In this document: positions 12,527 through 24,880 of the stretch, piece after piece | Position numbering within the stretch: position 1 is the first letter of the stretch | Layout of the letters: every line of letters begins with the position of its first letter | Assembly (NCBI GenBank): GCA_000934665.2 | Contig: JYFJ02000615.1 | Location: 62,001 to 119,905, forward strand | Direction of reading: 5' to 3' | Length of the DNA: 57,905 nucleotides | Source: Catajapyx aquilonaris | Lineage: Eukaryota | The notes under the pieces: model-generated | Seen by the model: the letters and a program-made list of their open reading frames with translations, nothing else | What the model was told of the DNA's origin: nothing | Database searches by the model: none | Made by a program: the position numbers and the translations under genes

Positions 12527-15500
12527 TATTATATATATCAAGGCGGGCTGTTTAAAAATTATGGCGTGGTGTTACTGCCAGTTCATATACCTATAGACAC
12601 CAGGCACTCTGGTAAACGTGTCACATCTGACATGGCCTAGTTGCAGCAGTCGTGGCTATATATACACGGTGCTTTGGTGGGCTTGTACCCAACTTTCAAA
12701 CTTGTTTCATAACTCGAGTGACATCCCAGCATCCGGACCCAACTCACTCCTCCCAGCTAGTTGCGCCGCCGCCGTTGTAACATTGATTGCTAAGACCTGC
12801 ACGCGACAGACATAAGCCTGGGAAGCCAAAAGTTGCAATCTGTCCCCTGGCCCTTTGTCAACAAGGCCGTACAAAAGTGAGGGAGGGTGGAAAGGGAGGA
12901 AAAGGGGGGGACAAAACTCCTGTCACTCTGGGAAAACTTGGGTCTCCGGACCGACAGACAGCTTAGCTACATTTAATGTCCGGTTTCGAGGGGACCTCCG
13001 GGGCAGCAGCCTAAAATCCTGGGGACCAGGTCAATTTACACTTTATGCGAGCTTTACTAACTTCCTACTGCTTTGTTGGAATCCTACAGGGTGCATACCA
13101 AGGTACTACGTGTTTCTGGGCTTGACGAAAACCGGATTATCCTTGGGCACAAATCTTCCCTAGCTCCCAATCCTCCGTATACTTATTAAATCAAGCCTGC
13201 CTGAAAGCGATCGTTCCATGACTTCCAATTTTGATGCTATGTCGACAATCCACTCTGAATTGCTTCCCGTACTCGTTCAATGCGATTAGTCCTATTTTGT
13301 GGGCATTACAAAAAGCTGGTGCTGATATCTAATATTCGTGAGGGCTTAACGTAAAAATGGCATATCCACAAGTGCATTACCAGCCAGCCAATAGCATTAC
13401 TGATGTTGTAGAAGGAAAGAGTAGGTGTTATCCCATGAGAAATTATGCAGGGACAAGCACATTAAAATAATACAATTTCATGACAAAAATTAATAAAAAT
13501 GTGCTCATTGTATCATTAATATTAGGCGGTGACATCGGCTTTTTAATGAATATTTTTTTTTTACAATATTACACATTGCTGTGAATAAATTAAGGCGTTT
13601 CATTTTTCATATGTCTTCACCTTTAGGAAATGCTTTAAAATGAATGCGTAAAAGTTGTTCGCCAATCAGGCGAGATTTTTAACGCGCGGACTACATATTC
13701 CAACAACTGATGCGATTACCTGGTAACATAATTACATAATTAGGAGCCATGTTTCCTCCTCTGCCAATCAACCCTCAACCGCTTTTCAATCAGCCGGGCA
13801 CAAAACACAGTTAAGCGTTTGAATTGTGCCCCCCCTCAATTTTTTTGGTGGGGAGGGGGGTGGGGGAGGGGATGGAAATCTATAGCTTTTTCCCCGGGAC
13901 TAATACTAAAATACCCCCAGCCGGTAATTACAGCTCGTTACTTTCTTCTCATGCCGAGGAGGAATTAGTCACCGTAATTGAAAACGACACGTGCTTCACT
14001 TGTGTAACCAGGAAAGCCGCCGCCGGTATAATAATAATTCCTTATTTCCCTCGGAATATGAAGGATGGAAACTATCCTTGCCCTTAATTGGACTCTTGTT
14101 TCGGACTTGTCGCCATTTGTCAAAAGAATTGAATAATAAATGATGCTGGGGGGAGGGGGGCATTCCGTAGGGGGGAGATTACTGACAAAACTAAGAAGGA
14201 AATATGAGTAATATTTTCTTGGGTGGGTTTTCTTGGGGGGGATATAGAAATATGGTGAATGATCCCGACCATTTAGAATTCGGACGTGGAGGGAGAGGGC
14301 GTTTCATTTCCAGACACTTTATGCACAAATGTGTTTTTTTCCCTTCTTCTGATTTTCTCATACTTTTGTTCCCCCCCGGTCGACTTCATACCCAGATTAT
14401 ACGCATCACCTAACAAAGACTGATTTCCTTCATCCGGAGCTCCCCGGATTGTGACTTGAATCTACGTGTCGACATTCCCCCTTCTTCCCTTCCCCCCATC
14501 TAATCTGATGCTAGATGCAGTTCTCAGCACGAATCCACAGTAATGCCTCTACCAATTTACTTTCTCGCCGCCGCCCACAAGTGATTGGCGTAAGGTCATT
14601 ATGTACCACCCTCCCACCAAAAAAAACCAATTTTTCGTCTTCTAAAAAAAAGCAAAAAAAAATCTCCTCATCAAAATAGGGTGAGGCTCTCCCCTTTTTA
14701 TTTGCATGTAGGAACCAGTTATACAAACGTAAAATGAAAGGAATGACAAAGTACTAACCGCGGCGTGGCCATTAATTTCTCATTGTGTAGTAAAAAGCGA
14801 CATGTGTTGCCATAACGTGTTAGCGTTTACGTTGAAACAACCCGGGATTTACTACTAAATAGGTATCGTTTCTCATGAAACGAGCCGCACTATCTGGACA
14901 GATTCATCTCCCGAAGGACCCAACTTTCAGAGGGGGGCGGTGTTGCAATATTGGTTTTTATGCGATTAAAAAGTAGGCCTGATCCATAAACAGAATCAGC
15001 TTTACCAAGATTTACTTGAAAAAAAAGGCAGACCTTGTTTGAACCAGCTTTTCGCAACATAACAACAATTGCGGTAAATACCTCACAAAAAAAATATGCA
15101 AAACTCTTGTCCAACGATCGTCCCTCCCGTCATGTAATACGATTCTTGACTCACAAAACATGTGCCAAAATCGGTTTGGAAGTGAGGGGGGGGGGGGTGC
15201 AAGGGGAGTAAACGACTTGCCTCGCTTCATCGTCAGCGCTTGGGAATAAAATCCGGGATTCCGGGGCAAAACTTTTCCCACCCCCCCTCCTCCACCCCCT
15301 AAAAAAAACCTAGGCAGCTTGTCTCTCCAGGCCGCGGAGATTTTCATGCGCAAAGCTAATGTTTATATAACTGCGGACCGCTGGGGGGACGCCAGATTCC
15401 GCATTCAATGCAGTCCCCGCCCAGTTTGTGAGCCCAGGAAAGTTTAGCAGCGTTGGGAATTGTATCGGGGCACGCTCAAAAAAAAATCGCCCCCCCCCCC

Positions 15501-16018
15501 CAAAAAAAAAAAAAGTTAGAGGAAGGTCCAAGTGACTTGCTGAGCAAAACTCCACAAAAAGAAACAAGGGTGTTGAGGCCCCCTGGAATCCTTGTTTTCT
15601 TTTTTTTTCTCTCTCTCCTATTTTTTTTATTTTATTTTAAAGGGAACGGTGCAATTCCGCTGGGAGGAATCCACTTATTACGCCGTTAAGAGGCGCGGGA
15701 ACAAAGTGAATGGGAAATTTGGCGCACGTCTCATGAATTTCTGGCTGGGCCCCGCGGTTAATACCACGCAAGATGGGGGGAAGAGGAGAGGGGGGGGGGG
15801 TATAGTCTTCTAGTCCCACCAGTGGGGGGTGAAAGTATGGAGCCCATCTCATCCGGGACACCTGACGCACATTCCCCGGAAAATAACCCGGGGAAAGGGA
15901 CCCGACGGGATGCCTACAAAATATGGAGAGGAAGAATAGATGCCTGCAGGAGCTGACCGTAAATTATGTCCGAAAATTCGGGTTCTGGAATTGATCGGAG
16001 TCAAGGTCGAGTGATGTA

Positions 16019-16230
16019 CTATAACACGCAAAAATATTGTCGCACTCTACCAGTGTGGTGTCCGCGACTTTTTGTTTACTATCCTGCCGCAAGGGTCGTT
16101 GCTGGATGTCGGTGTTTGGGGTCTACGCCCAATCACCGTCATCCGGAAACGACCCTTGCGGCAGGAGGGTAAACCAAAAAGTCGCGGACACTACACGAAT
16201 ACAGTGCGACAATCTTTTTGCGTGTTATAG
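16019..16230. mobile_element. MITE family B, copy 1 (long fold-back element)
   Basis: TA|CTATAACACGCAAAAATATTGTCGCACT ... AGTGCGACAATCTTTTTGCGTGTTATAG|TA; self-complementary over nearly the whole length; second copy at 55823. Confidence 0.88.
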
Positions 16231-16606
16231 TACACATGGAAGTTGTACATAGCCTGCATACATAGTTCCCGGAGAGTGATCCTCGGCCCCCATTTTCCAG
16301 GTTGCATTCCCCGGCTCCGGAGTTCAACTTACACCCATTTCGGGCGGCAGTGCGACGCGATTTACGAGCCAATAAAGCACAGGCGACGTGTCGGTGCCAA
16401 GGCGCGCGACTCGCCACAAAACGCACTCGCTCACAAAGCCCGGCCCTAAGATTTACCTACCTGTTTTGCCAAGCGAAAATGGGTTCAAAACTCGCAGTCT
16501 TGCATGGCTCTAATCCTTTGCATCTAAACGACCTTCTGACTCCAGGTTGCGCAGCGAGTTTCAACTTAATCTGAATAATTAGAAGCGAATAAGTTAGTCT
16601 ACTCAC

Positions 16607-16826
16607 CAGCCTGTAGTGACGTGTGTGACCAGCAGAGCACCGTCAAATGCCACCTCTTTGACCTCTGTGCACATGACCCTCATTTCCAGCCCGTCGTCTG
16701 TAGAGTTGGTGATCCTCAGAGTTGTATTTGATGGGCCGAAGTAGTATGTGCGTCTGTAATCCAGGGTGTGCCATGACCTGGGAGTAGTCAGCCACGGTTC
16801 GAACCGGCAAGGGGTCGGCCTCGGGG
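16607..16826 (-). CDS. Coding exon E of the same gene (absent from ORF track)
   Basis: ctctag|CC CCG AGG ... ACA GGC TG|gtgagt; 220 nt, phase 1 to 2. Encodes (A)PRPTPCRFEPWLTTPRSWHTLDYRRTYYFGPSNTTLRITNSTDDGLEMRVMCTEVKEVAFDGALLVTHVTTG(C), with two N-glycosylation sequons (NTT, NST). Confidence 0.9.
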
Positions 16827-16895
16827 CTAGAGTGGATCAGAAGGTCAGTCGATTTAAAAAAATAATAGAAAGGGATCCGGCCGGTTCCTGAGAGT

Positions 16896-16966
16896 TTATC
16901 CTGACATGGCAGAGCAACCCTTGCGGCTCTCTTGCGCGCCTGGTTATCTAGTAGCCAGGATAAAAA
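16896..16966 (-). repeat. 71-bp hairpin repeat, family E, copy 1
   Basis: Termini TTATCCTGAC / GCCAGGATAA; its reverse complement matches 18625-18695 at 55 of 71 positions without gaps. Confidence 0.8.
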
Positions 16967-17590
16967 TAATCCCTGGCTTCATAACAACCATCATGGTGGT
17001 TGGCGGGTTTATTTGTATGATACGAACCTGCGATTGATTTAAGAATGCTTGATGTAATAGTTAATAACAGTATCTCTTGCAAAAGGAGCTTGCTGCTTAT
17101 TATCAGTAAGAAGCTTATTCCATGTTACTTAACAGGAACTGGGAGGATTCGTCTTCCACATTTGTCGGTACCCGTTTGAATGCGGATGTTTATAATTATG
17201 GCAGTACGAATAGATGTGATTAGGAACTGGCTTCTTTTATTCACCAATCACAGTGAAAAGAACAGGTCCCATGCTAGTATTGTACGTAAACTATAGCTGC
17301 ACAGATCTAGAAACGCAAATGCACCCGATATGATGTTGCTTTATTTCACTCCATATTAATAAATTCGGTTAAGTTCCGTCGCCCCCATGTTCAATATAAT
17401 AAAGTGTATAAAAATTGTCCCATTAAATGGTAATTACATAATAAAAATATAAACATTTTCTTACCAATATAATTATTGTCCAGTATAGCCAACTTTTATT
17501 GCATCGACTGTAACGTTTTCTATAGAACCAAGCCTAGTACACTGTAATTCAGTGGGTTACATGCATAGATTAGTGCGTACGGTACAGTAC

Positions 17591-17827
17591 CTTTCTGCAA
17601 TGTCATGGTCCTGGATCCCTCCAGAGGACTGAAGAGCCCGTTGCAGGTTGCGTCTCCGGATTGGGCCACTCTAAAGTCGACCAGTCCTTCCTCCTCCTCC
17701 TTGGCTTTCTCGTACACAAAGCATCGGTACCGGTCCTCGTTGGACGTGGTATGGAACGAGTTGATCTGTCCCACCAGGTAACGAGCAGAACCTTCCTTCC
17801 ACGTGGCCAAACACTGCAGCTCTTCCA
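17591..17827 (-). CDS. Coding exon D of the same gene
   Basis: ttcgcag|TG GAA GAG ... CAG AAA G|gtac; 237 nt, phase 1 to 1. Encodes (V)EELQCLATWKEGSARYLVGQINSFHTTSNEDRYRCFVYEKAKEEEEGLVDFRVAQSGDATCNGLFSPLEGSRTMTLQK. Confidence 0.93.
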
Positions 17828-18624
17828 CTGCGAAACAACAACAACAACGGAAAAAAATTTGTTGAAAAAAGTTGGTCCATTAGCCTCTTTTGTTTCCACC
17901 GCGGCCTTTAATCCGCCGGAATTTAATCCTACAGTGGCATTTCCACTGTGTTTCATTATGTTGCGGTCCGACCCAACAATGCGATTAAATAAACTGGGCA
18001 GTAGTCAGTACTGCGCTCTCGTCCGGTACACTTGAAATCATCATAATAGAGCAGGGCAGTGTGGCAAAATTATAGAGTGCAGCGTAACGCGATACGACTG
18101 TACAGCCGGGGCCTCCCCCTAATGACAGCTGCACACCGACATCCAATTTGCAGGACAACTACAATATTGCATTGTTATAAATGAGGCCGCTGAACAACTG
18201 GACCATTTGAACCCTATCAGGTTTGCATAATTTTCTCACATTTTAAAACAAAACGGACCGGGGTTTCGCCTCACGCAATTTTTTTTTAATTCTCTTTCTG
18301 TCCTAGGCTGTTGTTGCGGGGTTTAAACATGAATATGAAAAAGGTCACAATCACAAAATGTTGTCGTGTTTAACGTTGATAAGAGGCAGTACCAAGCACA
18401 TATAACCATCATTTTACGCTTCGCAAAATGCGAACTTGGGTCGTGACTCGTGAGTGATTCCTTCCATCCACCGGGCTCATTATCCGCTCTACAACGCTAA
18501 AAATTGCTTAACGAGGGGTTAAAAAGCCGGCAAGCCCTCCCGTCCCATAAAACTCATTGAAATTATTTCGCCAAAATATTTAGCATCCACAAAAATGGGG
18601 AAGCACATAACTAAGCAAGTACAG

Positions 18625-18695
18625 TTTTTATCCTGGCTTGCAGATAACCACACACTCAAGAGAGGCTTGTGGATTGCTCTGAGCTGTCAGGATAA
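18625..18695 (+). repeat. 71-bp hairpin repeat, family E, copy 2 (inverted relative to copy 1)
   Basis: TTTTTATCCTGGCT...AGATAACCA...CAAGAGAG...TTGCTCTG...TGTCAGGATAA; the same blocks occur in reverse complement at 16896-16966. Confidence 0.8.
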
Positions 18696-19716
18696 TATTT
18701 CCGTACGTCTATATACTGTACTGTACATATTATGACCTGTAAGTACAGTATTAACATGCCATAAACATTCTTGAAAAAAATGACTGAATGATTGCAAATT
18801 GCACAATTTATCCTGGGGCTTGGAGCGATTTTCAGTTCAGAAAACCCTTGAAAATATACCCTTTATTTCATATTACGGCCGACACGTGGAGCTGAACCGT
18901 ATAATGCAGCATGCATGAGGAACCAGCAGAAGTGGACTGATAAAGCAATGGTAAGCCTTCCAGCTACATAACCGAGTAGGGTTCACCTGCGTGCAAGTGC
19001 AGTTCCGGAATGCAAATCATGCTTCCAGTCTCGCTATCTTGGCAGCAGCCTCCACTTTTGCCTCGCACTCCAGGAGGGCAATTCTCCCAAATCTACGCAA
19101 GGTCGGGGGTAGGGGTTGGAAGCTACGGATATTCAATTGGGAGCACCTCTTAAGTGCATTACGTTTATCAGAAAACACCTCGCAGCGACATCCCCGACTT
19201 CAAATTTTTTTTCTTCCATCCAAATAGGGAGGTCTCTTGTGCACACTAAGACGCCTACGTCGGAGACCATAAAGGCTCATGTATGTCTCTGAAACGGCAA
19301 TAACTGCGATAATCCCACCGAGCTGGGTTGGAAGGAATCGCTAGAGAACGTGCCTCCGGGTTCAAAATCTACAAATGGAGAAGAAGAAGTAAGGCAAAAA
19401 AAAAGAGAGAGAAGAAGGCGGGAGGTCTACAGCTTAAACTTGCAAGTTTGGGCCTTTATCTTTTATTCAGATGCAAAAAGAAATTATTTGCACGCCTCGT
19501 GGGAGAAACAAGCATCCAAAAGGGCAAAATTGAGATTTTATCCCGGTTGCGTAGTTCGAAAGGGGGCCCTTTAGTAATGTCTTAAATGCGGCCGGGTGTA
19601 TATAGGCCTGCACGTGTTTCCAACCAGACGTGACCGGAAGATACTGTAAGCCCCTTTACAAAGGGAAGAAGTTTCACTGTTGTTTTACAGTCAACTTTTA
19701 ATCTGCACATGCTGTA

Positions 19717-19877
19717 CAGTCAGTTAAAAGAGTATCTTACCAAACCAGAGCAAGAGATTTGCATCCAACAGTGGTGCTGCCTCCCTCTGATGCAATAACT
19801 CTCACTCCCCCAGGCAGCACCTCTGTTGGAGGCTAATTTATAGGCCTGGTCTGGTAAGATACTCCTTTCACCGACTG
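19717..19877. mobile_element. MITE family C (Tc1/mariner-type)
   Basis: TA|CAGTCAGTTAAAAGAGTATCTTACCA ... TGGTAAGATACTCCTTTCACCGACTG|TA, plus inner arms CCAACAGTGGTGCTGCCT / AGGCAGCACCTCTGTTGG. Confidence 0.85.
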
Positions 19878-20873
19878 TACATTGAGAAGATATGTACAGT
19901 TAAAAGAATATTCACTGGTATAATTATCAGCTAGTTCCTGAATAGAGTTGTCCAAAACATTTTTTTTGGGAGATATCCCTTGGGACGGAAACGGATTTGA
20001 AACTTGACTCAATAATCGTTACTCCTCTATATACATCTAGTACAACAGGACCGCAGCTCTGGTCCAAGTAGTCTTGGAGGCAGTTTATCTAAATGGATAA
20101 ACACTGGAGGCTCGAAAGCCTCACATGGCACTGCATTTCCACTAATCTTGCAAGGCCCGTCCCTTTCCCCCCGTAGTCTCCTGATATCCAATAGCATTAT
20201 ACATGGGCTTTCCTTCCCGCTGGCATAGATTTCGGGGGGAGGGGGGCATCCCCGTTTGCCGGTAAACATCGCCAGGCTGGGGCATAATGGAAGCCAATAT
20301 ATGCCCAACTATCCCTCCTCCTCCCTGGCGCCATATTTCCTCTAGGCTGACGTGCAGCCTTGCGGCTAAAATGAAATTATAAGCCGAGACAGTCATAGGC
20401 CTCCCGGATATAAGAGGCCGAGACTTGTGTGCATCCTACAGATCTTGCTAATGGCTTTCCTGTCTGCAAGGCTTCCATTACTGCCTCAGTCCAGGATGTT
20501 ATATCCTCATCTATACATCACTAACCGCCCCTCCCCGAATTCTCCCCCATCCAAACCCAGCAAGAGAGTTAGAAGCCAGCAGCAGAGTGCTCTGATGGGA
20601 GGGGAAGAAGGTGCCTGCAGGCTAATATCAGCGCCAGGCGCTAATCACCAGGTATTAAACATTGCCCTGGGATTGTCTTCTCGAGCTGTCAGGATTTTCC
20701 AAGATCAGCTCGTCAGGGGAGGCTGCGCTACCTCCTGTCCTTTATACTAATCCGGGCCTCGTTGCAACGACGGAATGGGTTATGAGGCTGTCAAAAGGTA
20801 TGCTACACATAGACAGTCAGCTGTATCTTCCTGACAATGTGAACTGTTGATATGTCGGTTACTTGGTGCTTCA

Positions 20874-20924
20874 TAACCTAACCTAACCTAACCTATCCCA
20901 TCCTAATCTAACCTAACTTAACCT
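20874..20924 (-). repeat. (TTAGG)n tract, about 10 degenerate units
   Basis: Plus strand TAACCTAACCTAACCTAACCTATCCCATCCTAATCTAACCTAACTTAACCT. Confidence 0.85.
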
Positions 20925-23900
20925 GAGTCGAGCTGATAGATGATTGGACACACCCAGCCTGCTACCAGCCTAATGATTGGTCTAGAATGTGCCGCAAAGG
21001 TTCCACTAAGGACGTCTCCGGGTGTTGCCAGAAGAGTCTTCAGGTTTTCAGAGCACGAACCCATCGTGCGCGGGTACGCTTCTTCCACAGTCCCGGCGGA
21101 CAGCCCTCAAGTTTTAAAGTGAAAAGCCCGAGTAGCAACGGGGATTCCCCTCTGAGACGCTCGCAATTGGATTCCGATATCTGAAAAGCGACGAGTATTT
21201 AGGTGGTGGATTTGCCACTCTGCCAGCGTCCATCCGATTCCTTTTCCAGCAGGGGCTCGGACTTTCTATCCTCCAACGTCTTTTAGGAAACGGCTAAATT
21301 GATCTGGGAGCCCAAGTTTGGGAGGGGCGGAAAAAAAGGGGGCGGGGGCGTTGCATTTAAAAGTTCGGGGGCGTCGGCGTGAATTTCAAGCAGGGAAGCA
21401 AGCACACCCCCTTTAACCTGAGAAAAAAAGGCGAATAAAAAAAAGAGAAAAGCTTTTTAAGGACGGCTTAAGACATGGACCTGAATGGTGACTAGTTCCT
21501 ATGAACATTCTGTTTACCTCCGCTTATAGCGTCACTGATAACACACCGTTTTTCCTCCCCTTCCATCCTTTTGTCCCCTCTCTGTATAGGACATCTCTGT
21601 TTTATGTCCTCTATCTTTCCTGGGGTCCCCGGGAAATTCCCAGATGCAATTTGGGCCCGAGGAATGACGACTGCTATTTCTGCATTTCCTGCATCAGGCT
21701 CGGGTCTTCCATCAGCGTGAGGACGTTGATTGCACCTTGTGACGGATGGATCAACATTTATTCCAGGGAAGAAACAAGTGGCTGCTTGTCTAACTATTCC
21801 GTCTCCTTGAAGAATGACCTAGTGCCGAGGGGGCGAACTGCCTTCTTCTTTTTCTCTCTCTCTCTCCATGGTGTTTAGGTGAGGTTGAAAATTTGTGTCG
21901 TTTTTTTTCTCTCTCCTCCACTTCGACATTTCTCTCGGCTCTTCTTTTTATCTGGATGGAACCTGTTGTTCGGTCGATTGACTGATGTAACGGATGGACG
22001 AGGTGTGAACGGGATGCAACTTCAGAGGCGGTTCTTGAAGGATTTGTAATTATTGGGTTGGTTGGAGTACTCTATCAGTTTTAAAGTGGCAACTACGAAC
22101 TAATTTTGTGGGACAGAGACCTGCAGACATATAAGGGTCTGACCACAGCTGCAGAAGAGGCAAAGGAGTCGGTGTAATCCAGTGTTGAGGAGATGGTGGC
22201 CGCCCCAGGATGCCGTCCTTTGTTCACTCGACCTGGAGGACCACTTAGACCGACTTGGCTGTTCAGCCATGTATGAGGCAACAGCTCTGCTAAAGAGGAA
22301 CTACGCACGCCCTGCTTCACATTTAGGAGCCACAGGGTCACTTCATTGCCTTTGCATGTATGGAAATTTCCATCCGGATTGTCTCTCCAGCGAGTGCTGC
22401 ACGAGTTTAACTTTGTTGCCCACTTGTACCACATACCTACCCGCTTGGATGTGTTGCTCGAACGAGCAACTGCGAGGCAACTAATGGACGGCGGTCAAAG
22501 GACACCCGCAAAAGTACACTCTGCTATATTACACTCCACTGCGTGAAACTGGCGGGGAGAGATTTATAACATACAGTTTTGATGCAAAGAAAAATAATCA
22601 TATGGTAAAAATTCGTAATTCCTACTGAAAAAGTGGCTTCGTCATACAGGACACAATACAGGTAGGTCGTTAAAGACATGTTTTGAAGCTACCAGCTGGG
22701 TAATGCACGTCGCTTCAATTTACATTGTTTACACGCCGAAAGAGGAATTACCTCAAGTATGGCGTGTAATACGTAAGCTGTTAATTGCAACCAATTTAAC
22801 TCTACAGCCTACCCGCGTGCAGTAGCATTAAAGGACTCCCCATGTCCCCTTGATTTAGGCGCGGTAGGGTTACTGGCGTATCTAGATCGAAATTCCAGTA
22901 TCGGATCCAGTATGTGAAAGCTTCAAATCAGAGCCCGTGACAGGTGCCAATAAAGGATTAACGGATTTAGCCCCATCCCAAACACAGTAGGGCACAGATT
23001 ATAAAATATCACATAATGCAGCTTCCATGTGGCGCCATCTACCAAAAAAGGAGAGCCAGTTGGAGGCTAAACTAACTAGTGCACATCCATCAGAGTTGAA
23101 CAAAACTGGAGTAAAATTTTTTATTATTTCCAATTTTTGATCCCAACTGCCCTCCCATCCCTCGACTCCAACACATACACTGTCTGTATGTGTGGAGCGA
23201 GATAGATAACCCGTTGCATTCGTATCAAAAGTTTGCAAAATGACAATGTTAGAGCGGCGGTAAAAATGTGACGGCTTTATCAGGCAGTTTTGCATGATCG
23301 TACATTACCAAAACCGGATCTAACACACTTGCAACCGGTTGGCACTAAAAAAAACCTCCCCCTCCTCTAATTGAGTTGTAGCTTTTCCCACAAAAAAACG
23401 CACAAAGCTGTACTAGTAGTTTTAGTGATAGGAAGATAACAAAAAAAGCGGTGGTGTCGCTGAAAAGTCCAGTATCGGCACAACGCAGATAGATCCGGAT
23501 TACGATAATCCGGGGAGAGGGTCCGATATACGCACCAGTACCCTGCGCCCCCATAAATCACAGTCGCTCGTTGCAATATCGGGGCCTTCTAATTATCTGT
23601 TGTCGAAGTGGATAGATTATTGGGTCGAGTGGCCTGCAGGCAGCCCATCTTTGCTGGCCTCCAGGGTCTATATATATCCTTTTGAGGTTTATCTGGAAAT
23701 GTGATGTATGGGCGGTTCGGCAACTATTAGGCCTAAAATGAGCAATTCATTGTTATTAGCTTGTTCCGGGGGAGGGGGCAGCATTAATGGGTCCGGATGA
23801 GCATAGGATTAAAGCGTTACATCCCTCGATGGCCAGCAAGTTTTTGGGAGGGGGGTCAGGGCTACTTGGGCCTTATCTTGTTAACCTAAGCAGCACGCAT

Positions 23901-24777
23901 CCGAAGCACATCCTCATATCCGGAGAAACCTTCGCCCCATAAACTTGAAGGGTGGAAAAGGACTTTGAGGCAAAGAGGCAAGAGAGCGGCTTGTGTTAAT
24001 TCCCCGGCAAGCCCACAGCCTCCAATCATGCCTCGTCACGCTTCTTGCCAAACCCTCCTGTCTCTCTTCCCCTACCCTACTCCATCGAACAGACTTTGAG
24101 CAACAGGATTACACGCAACCCCCTCCTCCTCTTCCTTCATCCTTGCAAAAGCCTTGCTGACTTTGAGGAGAAGGAAAGAGAGGGGGAAGGGCTAATAGGC
24201 CCATCAAGTCCTCTTTTCCTCCACTATTGTTGCCAACCCTTCAAACTATTCAATGCACTCTTCCCTCTGTTTATTCAATGCTCTTATCTCCTTCCCCCTC
24301 CTCCACTTTCTACTGCACTGTCCCGACTCCTATTTTGTCTTTCGCTTTCCCCGGACAGGATTCGGGGGGAAATTCCGCAAGAATTTACATAAATTCTCCC
24401 CACCCTTTGAGAGAGTACCGAGGGAAAGTTAGAGAGTCTGGTCAGATGATCATACAACTTACATTTAAAACATGCCCATTTCCATACTAGTTCTTTACGA
24501 GAGTCGCACACTTGGAAGTGAAAAAATGCGTTTATGAGACCACAAATCACTGAAAATGTGGGCCACACTCTTGCTCAGCAGCCAGTGTTTAACCCCCCAG
24601 TCGGAACAAGGCAAATAATGATTAAGCCAGAAAATCAACACCGCTCCCCCGACCAGTAGGGAGCGTAGGGGGAGGGGGGCAAAAATAACTGTCGCCCCCC
24701 TAGTGCGACTTTACACACTGTCGAATTTTTTGAAACATTCTCCACTTGTTTTGCTTCCTGTCCCTGAAAGGGAAATG

Positions 24778-24880
24778 CAAATTGTACATTGTACGATTAA
24801 TGCCCATAAGTTTCGCAAATGATACAAATTGTACAGTCCCGCTATTGATGTCCTAAAGTTTCGCAAATGAAACAAATTTT
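24778..24880 (+). repeat. Tandem repeat, 47-48 bp period, about 2.2 copies
   Basis: CAAATTGTACA...AAGTTTCGCAAATGA occurs twice; unit starts at 24778, 24825 and 24873. Confidence 0.8.
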
